Shown piece after piece: positions 27,040 to 37,408 of a stretch of DNA of 64,000 nt; position 1 is the first letter of the stretch, and each line of letters opens with the position of its first letter. Under the pieces are notes generated by a model that did not search any database, was not told the origin of the DNA, and was given only the letters and a program-made list of their open reading frames with translations. Made by a program: the position numbers and the translations under genes. The DNA is from Clostridia bacterium (lineage in GTDB: Bacteria > Bacillota > Clostridia > UMGS1883): assembly GCA_045604905.1 (NCBI GenBank), contig JAZUOX010000061.1, positions 1,987-65,986 of the forward strand, read 5' to 3'.

Positions 27040-28267
27040 TTATCTCTACCTCTCTTTCTGCCGCGTTTACCCCTGCAAGATAGCCTGTAGAAAAGGCGAT
27101 CTGCAAGTTAAATCCGCCGGTGTATGCATCAACATCTATAACTTCCCCTGCAAAGTAAAGCCCCTTTACAAGTTTGCTTTCCATTGTAGATGCATTGATT
27201 TCTTTAACATTTATTCCGCCGCTTGTGACGATAGCTTCGTCCACAGGGCGATATTTTTTCACAGTAAAAGAAAGATGCTTAAGACTTTCAAGAAATGCTT
27301 TTCTTTCTTCCTTAGTGATAGAATTTACTTTCTTGAATTTATCTATACCTGTTCTTTCTATTATGTAAGGAATAATCTTTGACGGAAGTAAATCTGAAAG
27401 TGCATTTTCGAAATTACGGTTATGGTATTTTTCAAAATCACGAAGAATCCTTTTATCAAGGGTAGCTTCATCAAGAGCAGGCTTAAGGTCAATTTCTATT
27501 CTGGAACCATCCGGATTATCTCCCATATGACTACTTGCTGAAAGAACAATCGGACCTGTCATTCCGTAGTGCGCAAAAAGCATTTCTCCAAAATCAGAAT
27601 ACTTTTTTTTGCCGTTTTTATCAAAGACAGTTAACTGTACATTTTTAAGGGAAAGCCCCATTACAGGTGATGTATCCTCATATGTTTCAACCGGTACAAG
27701 TGAAGGTTTGATTGTCTTTATTGTATGTCCTACCTTTTCCGAAAGCTTGTATCCGCTACCGTCAGAGCCCGTTGCCGGATAACTTCTGCCTCCTGTTGCA
27801 ACTATTACACTGTTTCCGAAAAATGTTGCGGTATCTGTCTTTACGCCTTTTATGCTGCCATTTTCCGCTAAAATTGAAACTACGTTGCCTTTAACTGTTT
27901 TAACTCCAAGTTCAAGAGTTTTTTTACGGAGTGCATTTACTATATCCTGAGCTTTGTCACTTACCGGAAAAACCCTTTCTCCGCGCTCTGTTTTAAGAGG
28001 CACACCACAGTTTTCAAAAAAATCCATTACATCAAAATTAGTAAAAGAATAAACTGCACTGTACAAAAACCTGTGATTTGTGGGGATGTTTCTGAATATA
28101 TCTTCCGTATCGCAGGCGTTTGTCACATTACATCTGCCTTTGCCTGTGATTCGGAGCTTTTTACCTACTTCATTATTCTTTTCTATGAGCGTCACATCTA
28201 TGCCCGATTGTGCAGCACTGATTGATGCCATAAGTCCTGCTGCACCGCCGCCGATTACAATCACCAT
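27020..28267 (-). CDS. NAD(P)/FAD-dependent oxidoreductase, HI0933/BaiN-like family
   Basis: The N-terminal dinucleotide fold reads VIVIGGGAAGLMA. The motifs ...GKGRCNVTN... and the C-terminal ...GLYFAGEVIDVDAYTGGFNLQ are typical of the family. Confidence 0.88.
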   Translation of the reverse strand: MVIVIGGGAAGLMASISAAQSGIDVTLIEKNNEVGKKLRITGKGRCNVTNACDTEDIFRNIPTNHRFLYSAVYSFTNFDVMDFFENCGVPLKTERGERVFPVSDKAQDIVNALRKKTLELGVKTVKGNVVSILAENGSIKGVKTDTATFFGNSVIVATGGRSYPATGSDGSGYKLSEKVGHTIKTIKPSLVPVETYEDTSPVMGLSLKNVQLTVFDKNGKKKYSDFGEMLFAHYGMTGPIVLSASSHMGDNPDGSRIEIDLKPALDEATLDKRILRDFEKYHNRNFENALSDLLPSKIIPYIIERTGIDKFKKVNSITKEERKAFLESLKHLSFTVKKYRPVDEAIVTSGGINVKEINASTMESKLVKGLYFAGEVIDVDAYTGGFNLQIAFSTGYLAGVNAAEREVEINDQNSN

Positions 28268-28268
28268 A

Positions 28269-29015
28269 CTATTTCCCCTGTTCCTGAGCTACAAAAAATA
28301 CTCTTTCACTCTTTGAAGTCGGTTTTTTGAATGTCAAACCGTCATATACACTAAGAAGCCTCATACCTGCTGCTTCTATAACGGATTTTATCTCATCAAT
28401 ACTGTAAGCCCGCTCCGAATGCACTTCATCAAAGCGGTGATAAACACCTTCTTCCTCTGTAAAGAAAGTAAGGTAAAAATCTACTGTTTTGCGTTTTTTA
28501 TCATACTCATTCTGCCATGAACAAAATGTTTTTTCATTTTCAAGAATAAATGTATTGTTTCCTATTATATTTTCAAGCTTATACTGAGTGTTTATATCAA
28601 AAACGAATAGTCCACCCGGATTAAGATAATTATTGACGAGTTTCATAACCTTCAAAAGTTCACGTTTATCCGTTATATAGTTAATACAGTCAAGGCTCGA
28701 TACTATAAAATCAACTGTACCGTAAAGTTCAAACTCGCGCATATCCTGATTGAGGTAGAGAATATCTCTTCCTTCTGATTTTTCCCGTGCTACCATAAGC
28801 ATATCTTCGGAAAGGTCAACGCCTGTCATATCTATGCCTTTATCAGAAAAAAGCTTTGTAAGATTCCCCGTACCGCAACCGAGGTCAAGACCAAGCCCGG
28901 GCTTAAGTCCGTAGCGCTGAAATATTTTATAATAGTAACTGAGCCACTCTTCATAATTGACATCATTTATAAGATTATCATAGAGATAGGCAAAACGGTT
29001 ATACATAACACTCAT
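28269..29015 (-). CDS. Class I SAM-dependent methyltransferase
   Basis: SAM motif I reads LDLGCGTGNLT. The protein is 248 aa. Confidence 0.85.
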   Translation of the reverse strand: MSVMYNRFAYLYDNLINDVNYEEWLSYYYKIFQRYGLKPGLGLDLGCGTGNLTKLFSDKGIDMTGVDLSEDMLMVAREKSEGRDILYLNQDMREFELYGTVDFIVSSLDCINYITDKRELLKVMKLVNNYLNPGGLFVFDINTQYKLENIIGNNTFILENEKTFCSWQNEYDKKRKTVDFYLTFFTEEEGVYHRFDEVHSERAYSIDEIKSVIEAAGMRLLSVYDGLTFKKPTSKSERVFFVAQEQGK

Positions 29016-29026
29016 CCTTTATAACT

Positions 29027-31207
29027 TCAATCGACTTTTGTAAGTTTTGCGTAAAGTCCAAGAAGGTTCTTCGTTCCTACGCTGTCAAAAGCTATTTCGT
29101 AGTGAACATCGTTTCCAACCGGTGTTGCAGAGATAATAAACCCTCTTCCGAATTTTTTGTGCATTACGCAGTCTCCCGCACTGAACATGTCACCTGCAGG
29201 TGCTTTCGGTTTTGTAAAAGCTGCGTCAATCAACGAATTCTCCGGAGCTCCAAATGAGCCGAAAGACGCTTTGGGAAGTACAAAATCGTCAATTTTCGGA
29301 ACATTATCGGTTATATCCTTAAGTCCGTCAGGAATTTCTGACAGAAATCTTGAAGGTTTGTATGTAGATGTTTTTCCGTAGAGCATACGGGATTGTGCCG
29401 TAGTTATATGCAGAATTTCCTTTGCTCTTGTTATACCTACATAGCAAAGTCTGCGTTCCTCCTCCATTTCGTTTGAATCAAGCGTGTTCATAAAGCTCGG
29501 GAAAATTCCCTCATCAAAAGAACATATGAACACAATCGGGAACTCAAGACCTTTTGCCGCGTGCATCGTCATAAGAACAGCGGCATCAAGCTCTTCATCA
29601 TAGTTATCTATATCACTTACAAGTGCCAGATTATCCATATAATCGTCAAAAGACGGATTCTCTGCGTTGTTTTCATAGTTTGTTGCACCGCTTATAAGCT
29701 CTTCAACATTGGCGGTACGGTCTTCAGCCTTTTCGTCTGCTTCCAGAAATAAACGGTATCCCGTTCTCTCATAAACTTCGTTAACGAGCTCGGAAATAGC
29801 AACTTCTTTTGAAAGCGCTGTAAGAGCGTCAATAAGTTCAAAAAAGCCTTCAACCGATGCTCCGAGAGTATCCTTATGCTCTCTTATAGCTTCAAGCATA
29901 CTCACACTCTCTCGTTCTGCGGCGGCAGATATTTTATCAACTGTGGTTTTGCCGATTTTTCTTGCAGGAACATTTATAATTCTCTTAAGGCTTATGTCAT
30001 CACTCGGATTTTTAATAAGCCTCAGATATGCAATCATATCACGGATTTCCTTACGGTCATAGAAGCGAAGCCCTGCAAGCACTCTGTACGGAACTGCTCT
30101 TCGCATAAATACTTCCTCAAGAACACGGGAAGATGCGTTTGCCCTGTAAAGCACTGCCATATCACTGTAAGAATAGCCGTCACGGAAAAGAGCTGACATA
30201 CGATCTGCAATATAGCTTGCCTCGTCATGCTCGTTGCCGGCTTTATATACAAGGATTTTCTCCCCTTCTCCTTTGTCGGTCCAGAGATTTTTACCTTTTC
30301 TGCCATAGTTATTCCTTATAACCTCGTTTGCCGCATCAAGAATATTCTGTGTTGAACGGTAATTCTGCTCAAGACGAACAACCTTAGCCTCACTGAAAAC
30401 CTGCTCAAAATCAAGTATATTTGAAATATCCGCACCGCGGAATTTATAAATACTCTGGTCATCATCACCAACAACACAAAGATTTCTGTGCTTTTCGGAA
30501 AGAAGTATTATAAATTCATTCTGTGCATGGTTGGTATCCTGATACTCATCCACAAGCACATAACGAAATTTATTGCGGTAAAACTCAAGAACATCCTCAT
30601 TTTCTCTGAAAAGAGTTACCGTGAGCATAATAAGGTCGTCAAAATCAAGATCGTTTGCAGTCTTAAGTTTTTTCTGATAAAGAGAATATACTCTTGCAAT
30701 CTGTTTTTTTCTGTAATCGCTTCCGCATTCTTGCTCATATTCTTCAGGAGTGTAGAGATTGTCTTTTGCAAAGGAGATTTCAGCCATAACACTTTTTGCA
30801 GGAAACGTCTTTTCATCAAATCCGAGCTGTTTTACACATTCTTTTACAAGGGATTTCTGGTCGTCTGCATCTATAATATTAAAGCTTTTATCGTAACCGA
30901 GTCTGTCAATATCACGGCGAAGAATCCTTACGCAGGCAGAGTGAAATGTCCTTACCCACATATCGTTAATGCTGTCACCGATAAGCTTTTCAACACGCTC
31001 TGCCATTTCTTTGGCAGCCTTGTTGGTAAAAGTAATTGCAAGAATGTTCCATGGTTTTACACCACATTCTTTAATCATATATGCAATTCTTGTTGTGAGC
31101 ACGCGGGTTTTGCCGCTGCCTGCACCTGCCAACACCAAAAGAGGGCCGTCAACATACATTGCGGCCTCTCTCTGCTCGTTATTAAGATTTTTTAAAATCT
31201 CATTCAT
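29027..31207 (-). CDS. pcrA: ATP-dependent DNA helicase PcrA (UvrD family)
   Basis: Helicase motifs are present: LVLAGAGSGKT, VDEYQDT and ...QNYRST... Confidence 0.95.
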   Translation of the reverse strand: MNEILKNLNNEQREAAMYVDGPLLVLAGAGSGKTRVLTTRIAYMIKECGVKPWNILAITFTNKAAKEMAERVEKLIGDSINDMWVRTFHSACVRILRRDIDRLGYDKSFNIIDADDQKSLVKECVKQLGFDEKTFPAKSVMAEISFAKDNLYTPEEYEQECGSDYRKKQIARVYSLYQKKLKTANDLDFDDLIMLTVTLFRENEDVLEFYRNKFRYVLVDEYQDTNHAQNEFIILLSEKHRNLCVVGDDDQSIYKFRGADISNILDFEQVFSEAKVVRLEQNYRSTQNILDAANEVIRNNYGRKGKNLWTDKGEGEKILVYKAGNEHDEASYIADRMSALFRDGYSYSDMAVLYRANASSRVLEEVFMRRAVPYRVLAGLRFYDRKEIRDMIAYLRLIKNPSDDISLKRIINVPARKIGKTTVDKISAAAERESVSMLEAIREHKDTLGASVEGFFELIDALTALSKEVAISELVNEVYERTGYRLFLEADEKAEDRTANVEELISGATNYENNAENPSFDDYMDNLALVSDIDNYDEELDAAVLMTMHAAKGLEFPIVFICSFDEGIFPSFMNTLDSNEMEEERRLCYVGITRAKEILHITTAQSRMLYGKTSTYKPSRFLSEIPDGLKDITDNVPKIDDFVLPKASFGSFGAPENSLIDAAFTKPKAPAGDMFSAGDCVMHKKFGRGFIISATPVGNDVHYEIAFDSVGTKNLLGLYAKLTKVD

Positions 31208-31219
31208 TTATAACAATCC

Positions 31220-32167
31220 TTATTTTTTCATTGAAATTGCTTTTTTAACGCTTTCAGCAATATCCTTTGCAGTAAGTCCGTATTCCTCGAAAAGCTCTGC
31301 GGGCTTACCACTCTTACCGAATACATCCTTTGTACCGATTCTTTGCATGGGTACAGGACATTCTTCGCAAAGAACTTCTGCAACGGCACTTCCGAGACCG
31401 CCATAGATGTTATGCTCCTCTGCAGTAACGATTGCACCTGTCTTTTCTGCAGCATTCTTTATGATTTCACGGTCAATGGGCTTAATTGTATGGATGTTCA
31501 CAACTGCAGCATCAATACCGTCGACCTTAAGAAGCTCTCTTGCCTCAAGTGCATAAGGCACCATAAGACCTGTAGCAATGATTGTAGCATCTGTACCTTC
31601 CTCGAGCTGAACGCCTTTTCCTATTTCAAACTTATATGTATTTTCGTCAAACATCTGAGGAACTGCAAGTCTTCCAAAACGGAGATATACGGGACCCTCA
31701 TATTTTATAGCCGCTTCAACAGCAGCCATAGCCTCTGCGTGGTCTGCAGGGTTAATAATTACCATACCGGGAATTGTACGCATAATACCAATATCCTCAA
31801 GACACTGATGTGTAGCACCGTCCTCACCAACAGAAATACCTGCGTGAGTAGCACCGATTTTTACGTTGAGGTTTGGGTATGCAACACCGTTACGAATCTG
31901 TTCAAAAGCTCTTCCTGCGGCAAACATTGCAAATGAGCTTGCAAATACAATCTTACCTGTAGAAGCAATACCTGCTGCCGTTGAGAGCATATTTCCCTCT
32001 GCAATACCTGTGTTTATAAATCTTTCAGGAAACTTTTTCTTGAAAGTGTCTGTCTTTGTTGATTTGGAAAGGTCGGCATCCATAACAACAATATCATACT
32101 TTTCACCAAGAGCTGCAAGAGCCATTCCGTAGCTTTCACGGGTTGCGATTTTATCACCGATAGCCAT
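31220..32167 (-). CDS. Transketolase, C-terminal (pyrimidine-binding) subunit
   Basis: This 315-aa subunit contains ...GIAEGNM...ATHAGISVGEDGATHQ... Confidence 0.93.
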   Translation of the reverse strand: MAIGDKIATRESYGMALAALGEKYDIVVMDADLSKSTKTDTFKKKFPERFINTGIAEGNMLSTAAGIASTGKIVFASSFAMFAAGRAFEQIRNGVAYPNLNVKIGATHAGISVGEDGATHQCLEDIGIMRTIPGMVIINPADHAEAMAAVEAAIKYEGPVYLRFGRLAVPQMFDENTYKFEIGKGVQLEEGTDATIIATGLMVPYALEARELLKVDGIDAAVVNIHTIKPIDREIIKNAAEKTGAIVTAEEHNIYGGLGSAVAEVLCEECPVPMQRIGTKDVFGKSGKPAELFEEYGLTAKDIAESVKKAISMKK

Positions 32168-32181
32168 TATGTTTTACCTCC

Positions 32182-33009
32182 TTACATCAATTCTGCAATT
32201 GCCTTGTCAAGCTCGGCAATTGCCTGTTCATACTGTTCTGTTTTAGGAGCGTTACCGTGCCATGAAGCCTGATTTTCCATAAATGAAACGCCCTTACCTT
32301 TAATACTCTTTGCAATAATAACAGTGGGTTTGTCCTTAACAGACTTTGCTTCTTCTATTGCATTTCTTATCTGGTCATAATCGTGAGCATCAATATTAAT
32401 AACATGCCAGTTAAAAGCTCTGAATTTTTCGTCAATGGGATATGAATTCATAACTTCGCTGATATCACCATCAATCTGAAGTCCGTTATTGTCAACAAAT
32501 GCAGTAAGATTGTCAAGCTTATAGTGAGCGGCAAACATAGCAGCTTCCCACACCTGACCTTCTTCAATTTCACCATCACCGAGGATTGTATACACACGGT
32601 AATCCTTTTTATCAAGCTTTGCCGCAAGTGCCATACCATTTGCAGCTGAGATTCCCTGTCCCAAGGAACCTGTTGACATATCAACACCGGGAATACCTTT
32701 CATATCGGGATGTCCCTGCATATTACTGTATATTTTACGAAGCTCCGCACATTTTTCAACCGGGAAGAATCCTCTTTCTGCGAGGATTCCGTAAAGCACC
32801 GGTGCACAGTGTCCCTTAGAAAGAACAAATCTGTCACGGTCAGGATCCTTAGGATTTTCCGGATTAACATTCATTTTTTCAAAGTAGAGCACCGCAAGGA
32901 TGTCTGCTATTGAAAGGCTGCCGCCGGGATGACCCGATGCGGCATTGTAAATACCCGTGATTGCATGCTTTCTTGCCTTATATGCGTGAAGCTTTGTCTG
33001 ATTACTCAT
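32182..33009 (-). CDS. Transketolase, N-terminal (TPP-binding) subunit
   Basis: ...SGHPGGSLS...LSKGH...GDGEIEEGQVWEA... is present. The ATG at 33009 follows AGGAG with an 8-nt gap. The ORF-track start is 33018. Confidence 0.93.
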   Translation of the reverse strand: MSNQTKLHAYKARKHAITGIYNAASGHPGGSLSIADILAVLYFEKMNVNPENPKDPDRDRFVLSKGHCAPVLYGILAERGFFPVEKCAELRKIYSNMQGHPDMKGIPGVDMSTGSLGQGISAANGMALAAKLDKKDYRVYTILGDGEIEEGQVWEAAMFAAHYKLDNLTAFVDNNGLQIDGDISEVMNSYPIDEKFRAFNWHVINIDAHDYDQIRNAIEEAKSVKDKPTVIIAKSIKGKGVSFMENQASWHGNAPKTEQYEQAIAELDKAIAELM

Positions 33010-33020
33010 CTGTACCACTC

Positions 33021-33422
33021 CTATTCTATATCACAAAGGGCGTTATACGCCATATTCATAACTTCTTTTAGCCTGTCCATATTACCCTCAAGGTAAAGAT
33101 ATCCAAGCAGTGTTTCAAATCCCGTTGCGTATCGGTAGTCGGTTACATCAGCATTTTTGGGAGGGTTGCTTTTTGCATTTCTTCCCCATTTAAGCACCCT
33201 TACCTCATCTTCCGTAAGCTTGTCCTCTATTGCATGAACACTTTCCGCCTGAGAATGTGCCTTTACAAATTTAACCGATTCTTTATGAAGATCAGTCACA
33301 AGTCTGTTACCTTTTTCGATAACTTTTGTTCTTATAAAAAGGTCGTAAACGCTATCCCCAATATATGCCAAAGGAAGCGGACTGTATTCCTTAGGATTTA
33401 TCTTTTTATCCGTAAAAAGCAT
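33021..33422 (-). CDS. mrnC: Mini-ribonuclease 3
   Basis: ...PLPLAYIGDSVYDLFIR...WGRNAKS... matches Mini-III. Confidence 0.9.
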   Translation of the reverse strand: MLFTDKKINPKEYSPLPLAYIGDSVYDLFIRTKVIEKGNRLVTDLHKESVKFVKAHSQAESVHAIEDKLTEDEVRVLKWGRNAKSNPPKNADVTDYRYATGFETLLGYLYLEGNMDRLKEVMNMAYNALCDIE

Positions 33423-33444
33423 TAAAACACCTTACTTCTCGATT

Positions 33445-34833
33445 TTACTTTTCATACTTCCATTTTACCCCGTCGGGAGTATCTTCAAGAACAATACCTC
33501 TTGCTTTGAGGTCATCACGGATTTTATCTGCAAGAGCCCAGTCCTTATTCTTTCTTGCCTCTGTTCTCTGTGCGATTAAAGCCTCAATTTCTTCGTCAAG
33601 GCTTGCCTTTTCTGTATTCTTAAGAAGTCCGAGAACATTTCCAAGCTCAAGAATTGTTGCCTTAACAAGCTCAAGCTCTTCCTTTGAAGAGTCCTTAAGA
33701 GAATTTGCATAGCGCACTGCTTCAAATATTGCAGAAATTGCATCAGCTGTATTAAGGTCATCTTCCATAGCTATAATGAATTTTTCACGGTAGCTGTCCA
33801 TTGCACTCTTTACTTCATCCTTTACATCACCGCTCTCGGTGTTGCCAAGAATAAAATCAATGTTATCAATACAGTTATAAATTCTCTCAAGTCCGTTCTT
33901 TGCAGCATCCATAAGCTCGTCACAGAAGTTAATGGGACTTCTGTAATGTGCAGAAAGCATAAAGAAACGGATAACCTCATAATCATATTTTGCTGCAATG
34001 TCACGAACGGTAAAGAAGTTACCCAGTGACTTTGACATTTTTTCGTTATTCACATTTATAAAGCCGTTATGAAGCCAGTAATTTGCAAAGGGCGTGCCGT
34101 TTGCACAAACGCTCTGCGCAATTTCGTTTTCGTGATGGGGGAAAATAAGGTCGAATCCACCGCTGTGAATATCAATTGTTGTGCCGAGATATCTGTTAAC
34201 CATCGCAGTACATTCAATATGCCAACCCGGTCTTCCTATACCCCAGGGGCTCTCCCAGCCGATTTCATCCTCTGTTTTTCTTTTTTTCCAAAGAGCAAAG
34301 TCCATAGGATGATGTTTTTTATCGTCAAGTTCTTTACGGACACCGCTTTCAAGGTCTTCAAGAGGCTGATGACTGAGTTTTCCATAATCCTTGTAACTTT
34401 CGACAGAGAAGTACACATCACCTTCAACCTCGTAAGCGTGACCTTTAGCTATAAGTGTCTCAACCGTTTCAATAATTGCATCAATATTTTCTGTTGCTCT
34501 GGGATGAACTGTCGCCTCTTTTATGCCGAGAGCCTGTGCATCCGTAAAGTATTCTTTAATATACTTTTCCGCAATTTCCTGAACTGTGCAACCCTCTTCC
34601 CTTGACTTATTGATAAGCTTATCGTCAACATCGGTAAAGTTCTGCACAAAATTAACCTTGTAGCCTCTGTATTCAAGAAACTGTCTTAAACAATCGAACA
34701 CAATAAATGGTCTTGCATTTCCAAGGTGGAAATAATTATATACAGTAGGTCCGCAGGAGTACATTTTTACTTCTCCCGGAACGAGAGGTTTAAATTCCTC
34801 TTTCTGTCTTGTTAAGGTGTTGTACAATCTCAT
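33445..34833 (-). CDS. cysS: Cysteine--tRNA ligase
   Basis: The HIGH-type motif (YFHLGNARP) and KMSKS are both present. Confidence 0.97.
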   Translation of the reverse strand: MRLYNTLTRQKEEFKPLVPGEVKMYSCGPTVYNYFHLGNARPFIVFDCLRQFLEYRGYKVNFVQNFTDVDDKLINKSREEGCTVQEIAEKYIKEYFTDAQALGIKEATVHPRATENIDAIIETVETLIAKGHAYEVEGDVYFSVESYKDYGKLSHQPLEDLESGVRKELDDKKHHPMDFALWKKRKTEDEIGWESPWGIGRPGWHIECTAMVNRYLGTTIDIHSGGFDLIFPHHENEIAQSVCANGTPFANYWLHNGFINVNNEKMSKSLGNFFTVRDIAAKYDYEVIRFFMLSAHYRSPINFCDELMDAAKNGLERIYNCIDNIDFILGNTESGDVKDEVKSAMDSYREKFIIAMEDDLNTADAISAIFEAVRYANSLKDSSKEELELVKATILELGNVLGLLKNTEKASLDEEIEALIAQRTEARKNKDWALADKIRDDLKARGIVLEDTPDGVKWKYEK

Positions 34834-34838
34834 AAATA

Positions 34839-35489
34839 TTACTGCCTTTCTTTTTTAAGTTCTTCTATTTGCTTTTCAAGGCGGTCAATGTGCGCCATCA
34901 TTTTACATAACTCCTGACTGACAGGATCGGGGATATGCACCTGGTCAAGGTCATTCACACGCTTTTGCCCTCGTTTAACGAGCCTTGCAGGAACGCCTAC
35001 GCAGGTACTGTCCGCCTCAACCTCACGAAGGACTACGGCATTAGCCGCAATCTTTGAATTATCGCCAACGACAAACGGTCCGAGAATTTTTGCACCGGAG
35101 CCAACCATAACATTGTTTCCCAGAGTAGGGTGTCTTTTTCCGGTGTCCTTTCCTGTACCGCCAAGCGTAACTCCCTGGTATATGGTACAATCGTCACCGA
35201 TAACCGTCGTTTCTCCGATGACAACACCGCAACCGTGGTCTATCAGCAGACCTTTACCGATGGTTGCACCCGGATGAATTTCAATCTTTGTAAAAAATCT
35301 TGAAACCTGACTGATAAGTCTGGGGATAAACCTTAACCCCCATCTGTAAAGCATATGTGCAAACCTGTGTGAAAGCACTGCGTGAAATCCCGGATAAAGA
35401 AGTACAACTTCAAACGCATTCCGTGCAGCGGGGTCACGGTCAAGTATTGATTTTATATCGTAAACTGTTCTTTTGAATATAAAAACCAC
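34839..35489 (-). CDS. cysE: Serine O-acetyltransferase
   Basis: ...DRDPAARN... and hexapeptide repeats (DHGCGVVIGETTVIGDDCTIYQGVTLGG) are present. The start codon is uncertain (see findings). Confidence 0.9.
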   Translation of the reverse strand: MVFIFKRTVYDIKSILDRDPAARNAFEVVLLYPGFHAVLSHRFAHMLYRWGLRFIPRLISQVSRFFTKIEIHPGATIGKGLLIDHGCGVVIGETTVIGDDCTIYQGVTLGGTGKDTGKRHPTLGNNVMVGSGAKILGPFVVGDNSKIAANAVVLREVEADSTCVGVPARLVKRGQKRVNDLDQVHIPDPVSQELCKMMAHIDRLEKQIEELKKERQ

Positions 35490-35511
35490 CTCTTATCACA
35501 TCAGCCTTTTT

Positions 35512-35540
35512 ATTATATAATATACCTTAGAAAAAAACAA
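35512..35540 (-). promoter_or_regulatory. Candidate sigma-A promoter for cysE-cysS
   Basis: On the minus strand: TTGTTT (35540-35535), a 17-nt spacer, then TATAAT (35517-35512). Confidence 0.45.
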
Positions 35541-35679
35541 CTATATTTTTACAAAAAAACGCTGTTTTTTGCTATTTTTTAAATCTTCAGACTTCTTTTA
35601 AATTTAGCACAGAAATATTGATTTTTATTTTTTTATATGTTAAAATAATCTCGATATTCGGTTAGAAAGGATTTTGCAA

Positions 35680-36534
35680 ATGAAAAACAAAGCATTACAA
35701 ATGCAACTCAGAAACTACGCACTGTCAATAATCGGTCCGATTATAACAGCGTTCGCAATCAGCATTTTTTATACTCCCAACTATATTGTAAGCGGTGGTG
35801 TATCAGGTATTTCCACAATACTTTTTCACCATTTCGGTATAGAGCCGGGTCTTTCGTTTGCAGTGATAAATATTCTGTTCCTTTTGATATCATTTAAGGT
35901 AATCGGCAAGGAGTTTGTTTTTAAAACTATCATAGGTGCGGCACTGATATCTGTTTTTGTTCAGTTATTCTCTACTTTTCCGCCTCTTACAACAGATATT
36001 GCTCTGGCTACGATATTCGGTTCCATTCTTTACGGACTTGGAATAGGGCTTACTTTTCTTTCCGGTAGTTCAACCGGCGGAACTGATATTCTGAGCAGAC
36101 TTTTACAGCACTTCTTCCCCCATATAAAAATCGGCAAGCTTCTTTTACTTGTAGATGCTGCGGTAATTATTACTTCACTTATAGTTTTCAGGCAAATCAA
36201 CCTTGCTCTTTGGGGCATAATTGCACTTTTCCTTTCTACATTTGCAGTTGACTGGCTTATTCAGAAACTCAATCATTCATGTCTTGTATTTATTGTAACT
36301 GATAAAGGCATTGAAATATCAAAATTTCTTGTATCCACATCCCCCCGCGGTTGCACAATCATCAATGCAACAGGTGCTTACACAATGGAAGAAAGACAGC
36401 TTCTTATCTGCGCGCTTAAGGACCATGAGCTTCCTGAATTCCAGCGCAAAATTCTCGGTATAGATGATAAAGCATTTATAATTTTCTCCGATTCACAACA
36501 GATAGTAGGTAACGGATTCCATGTTTACAGATAA
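35680..36534 (+). CDS. YitT-family membrane protein (DUF2179 C-terminal domain)
   Basis: It has five or six TM segments, including ...YTPNYIVSGGVSGIST... The ATG at 35680 follows AAAGGA. The ORF-track TTG start is 35674. Confidence 0.85.
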   Translation: MKNKALQMQLRNYALSIIGPIITAFAISIFYTPNYIVSGGVSGISTILFHHFGIEPGLSFAVINILFLLISFKVIGKEFVFKTIIGAALISVFVQLFSTFPPLTTDIALATIFGSILYGLGIGLTFLSGSSTGGTDILSRLLQHFFPHIKIGKLLLLVDAAVIITSLIVFRQINLALWGIIALFLSTFAVDWLIQKLNHSCLVFIVTDKGIEISKFLVSTSPRGCTIINATGAYTMEERQLLICALKDHELPEFQRKILGIDDKAFIIFSDSQQIVGNGFHVYR

Positions 36535-37291
36535 CTTAGTACATAACTTAACCATCAAAAGCGCATCGGAAAGAGAACCTCTTTCCGATGTTACTTATGC
36601 AGAAAATTTCTCTTCTGACGAGCTTTGCCTTATGTATATAAAAAGCGGAAAAGCTAAGCTTATTGCTGATAAAACTCTTTACCGCGTTTCTTCGGGATGC
36701 TTTGTTTTAAGCAACACAAAAATTAAATACCGCTTTTCAAAGAGGCATATTTCATCAGTTATAAAACTGAATTTTTCAGGCGATTTTTCTCATATTCCCT
36801 GTGGGGTTTATAAGTGTGCAGATAAGACAGATGTGGAGAAGATTCTTACACTTATCATAGAAGAATTTCTTCTCAGAAAAACACACTCAGATAAACTTCT
36901 TAATGCTATGACAGAAAACCTGTTTGTCATACTTTCAAGAGCAATCGAAAAAGAAACTGCTGTTGATAAGGTTATTTCCCTGCTTATGCTTGATATTCAT
37001 AAAAATTATCGCACAGGTAAAATTGATATCAATAAATACGCCGAAATGCTTGATTTAAGCAAAGACAGAGTATCGGTAATTTTTAAAAACCGGTTCGGTC
37101 ACGCACCGTACCAGTATCAGATTATGCTCAGGATGCAGGACGCAACGGATTTACTTTTGCATACCGATTTATCAATCGGTGAAATTGCGGAAAAATTAAG
37201 GTATAAAAATCAGTTGTATTTCAGCACAGCGTATAAAAAACAGACTGGTGTTTCGCCAAGCGAAATGAGAAAAAGCGACAAATCCAAATAA
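36521..37291 (+). CDS. AraC-family transcriptional regulator
   Basis: The C-terminal dual HTH reads ...INKYAEMLDLSKDRVSVIFK...IGEIAEKLRYKNQLYFSTAYKKQTGVSPSE. Confidence 0.85.
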   Translation: MFTDNLVHNLTIKSASEREPLSDVTYAENFSSDELCLMYIKSGKAKLIADKTLYRVSSGCFVLSNTKIKYRFSKRHISSVIKLNFSGDFSHIPCGVYKCADKTDVEKILTLIIEEFLLRKTHSDKLLNAMTENLFVILSRAIEKETAVDKVISLLMLDIHKNYRTGKIDINKYAEMLDLSKDRVSVIFKNRFGHAPYQYQIMLRMQDATDLLLHTDLSIGEIAEKLRYKNQLYFSTAYKKQTGVSPSEMRKSDKSK

Positions 37292-37319
37292 ATCTGTGAC
37301 ACAATCACAAATATAAAAA

Positions 37320-37339
37320 GCCCCTCAACCTCGAGGGAC
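37320..37339. terminator. Short intrinsic terminator hairpin (pairs better on the minus strand, i.e. for trmL)
   Basis: On the minus strand: AAAAAGTCCCTC-gaggtt-GAGGGGCTTTTT with one G-U pair. The plus-strand version has a C-A mismatch. Confidence 0.55.
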
Positions 37340-37408
37340 TTTTTGTTTTGAATTTCATCGGTGCGATGAGAACGATGTCCTTTTTGCTCCAAAAAGTACA
37401 CACGCCTT

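Noticed and set aside
30488-31195. A 235-aa plus-strand ORF antisense to pcrA.
   Set aside because: It lies entirely inside the helicase gene on the other strand and has no motif or RBS.
35490-35673. A possible T-box riboswitch upstream of cysE-cysS.
   Set aside because: The interval is only about 184 nt, very AT-rich, and shared with the divergent yitT promoter. I could find no T-box core (…GGTACCGCG-like antiterminator) or specifier-loop architecture on the minus strand.
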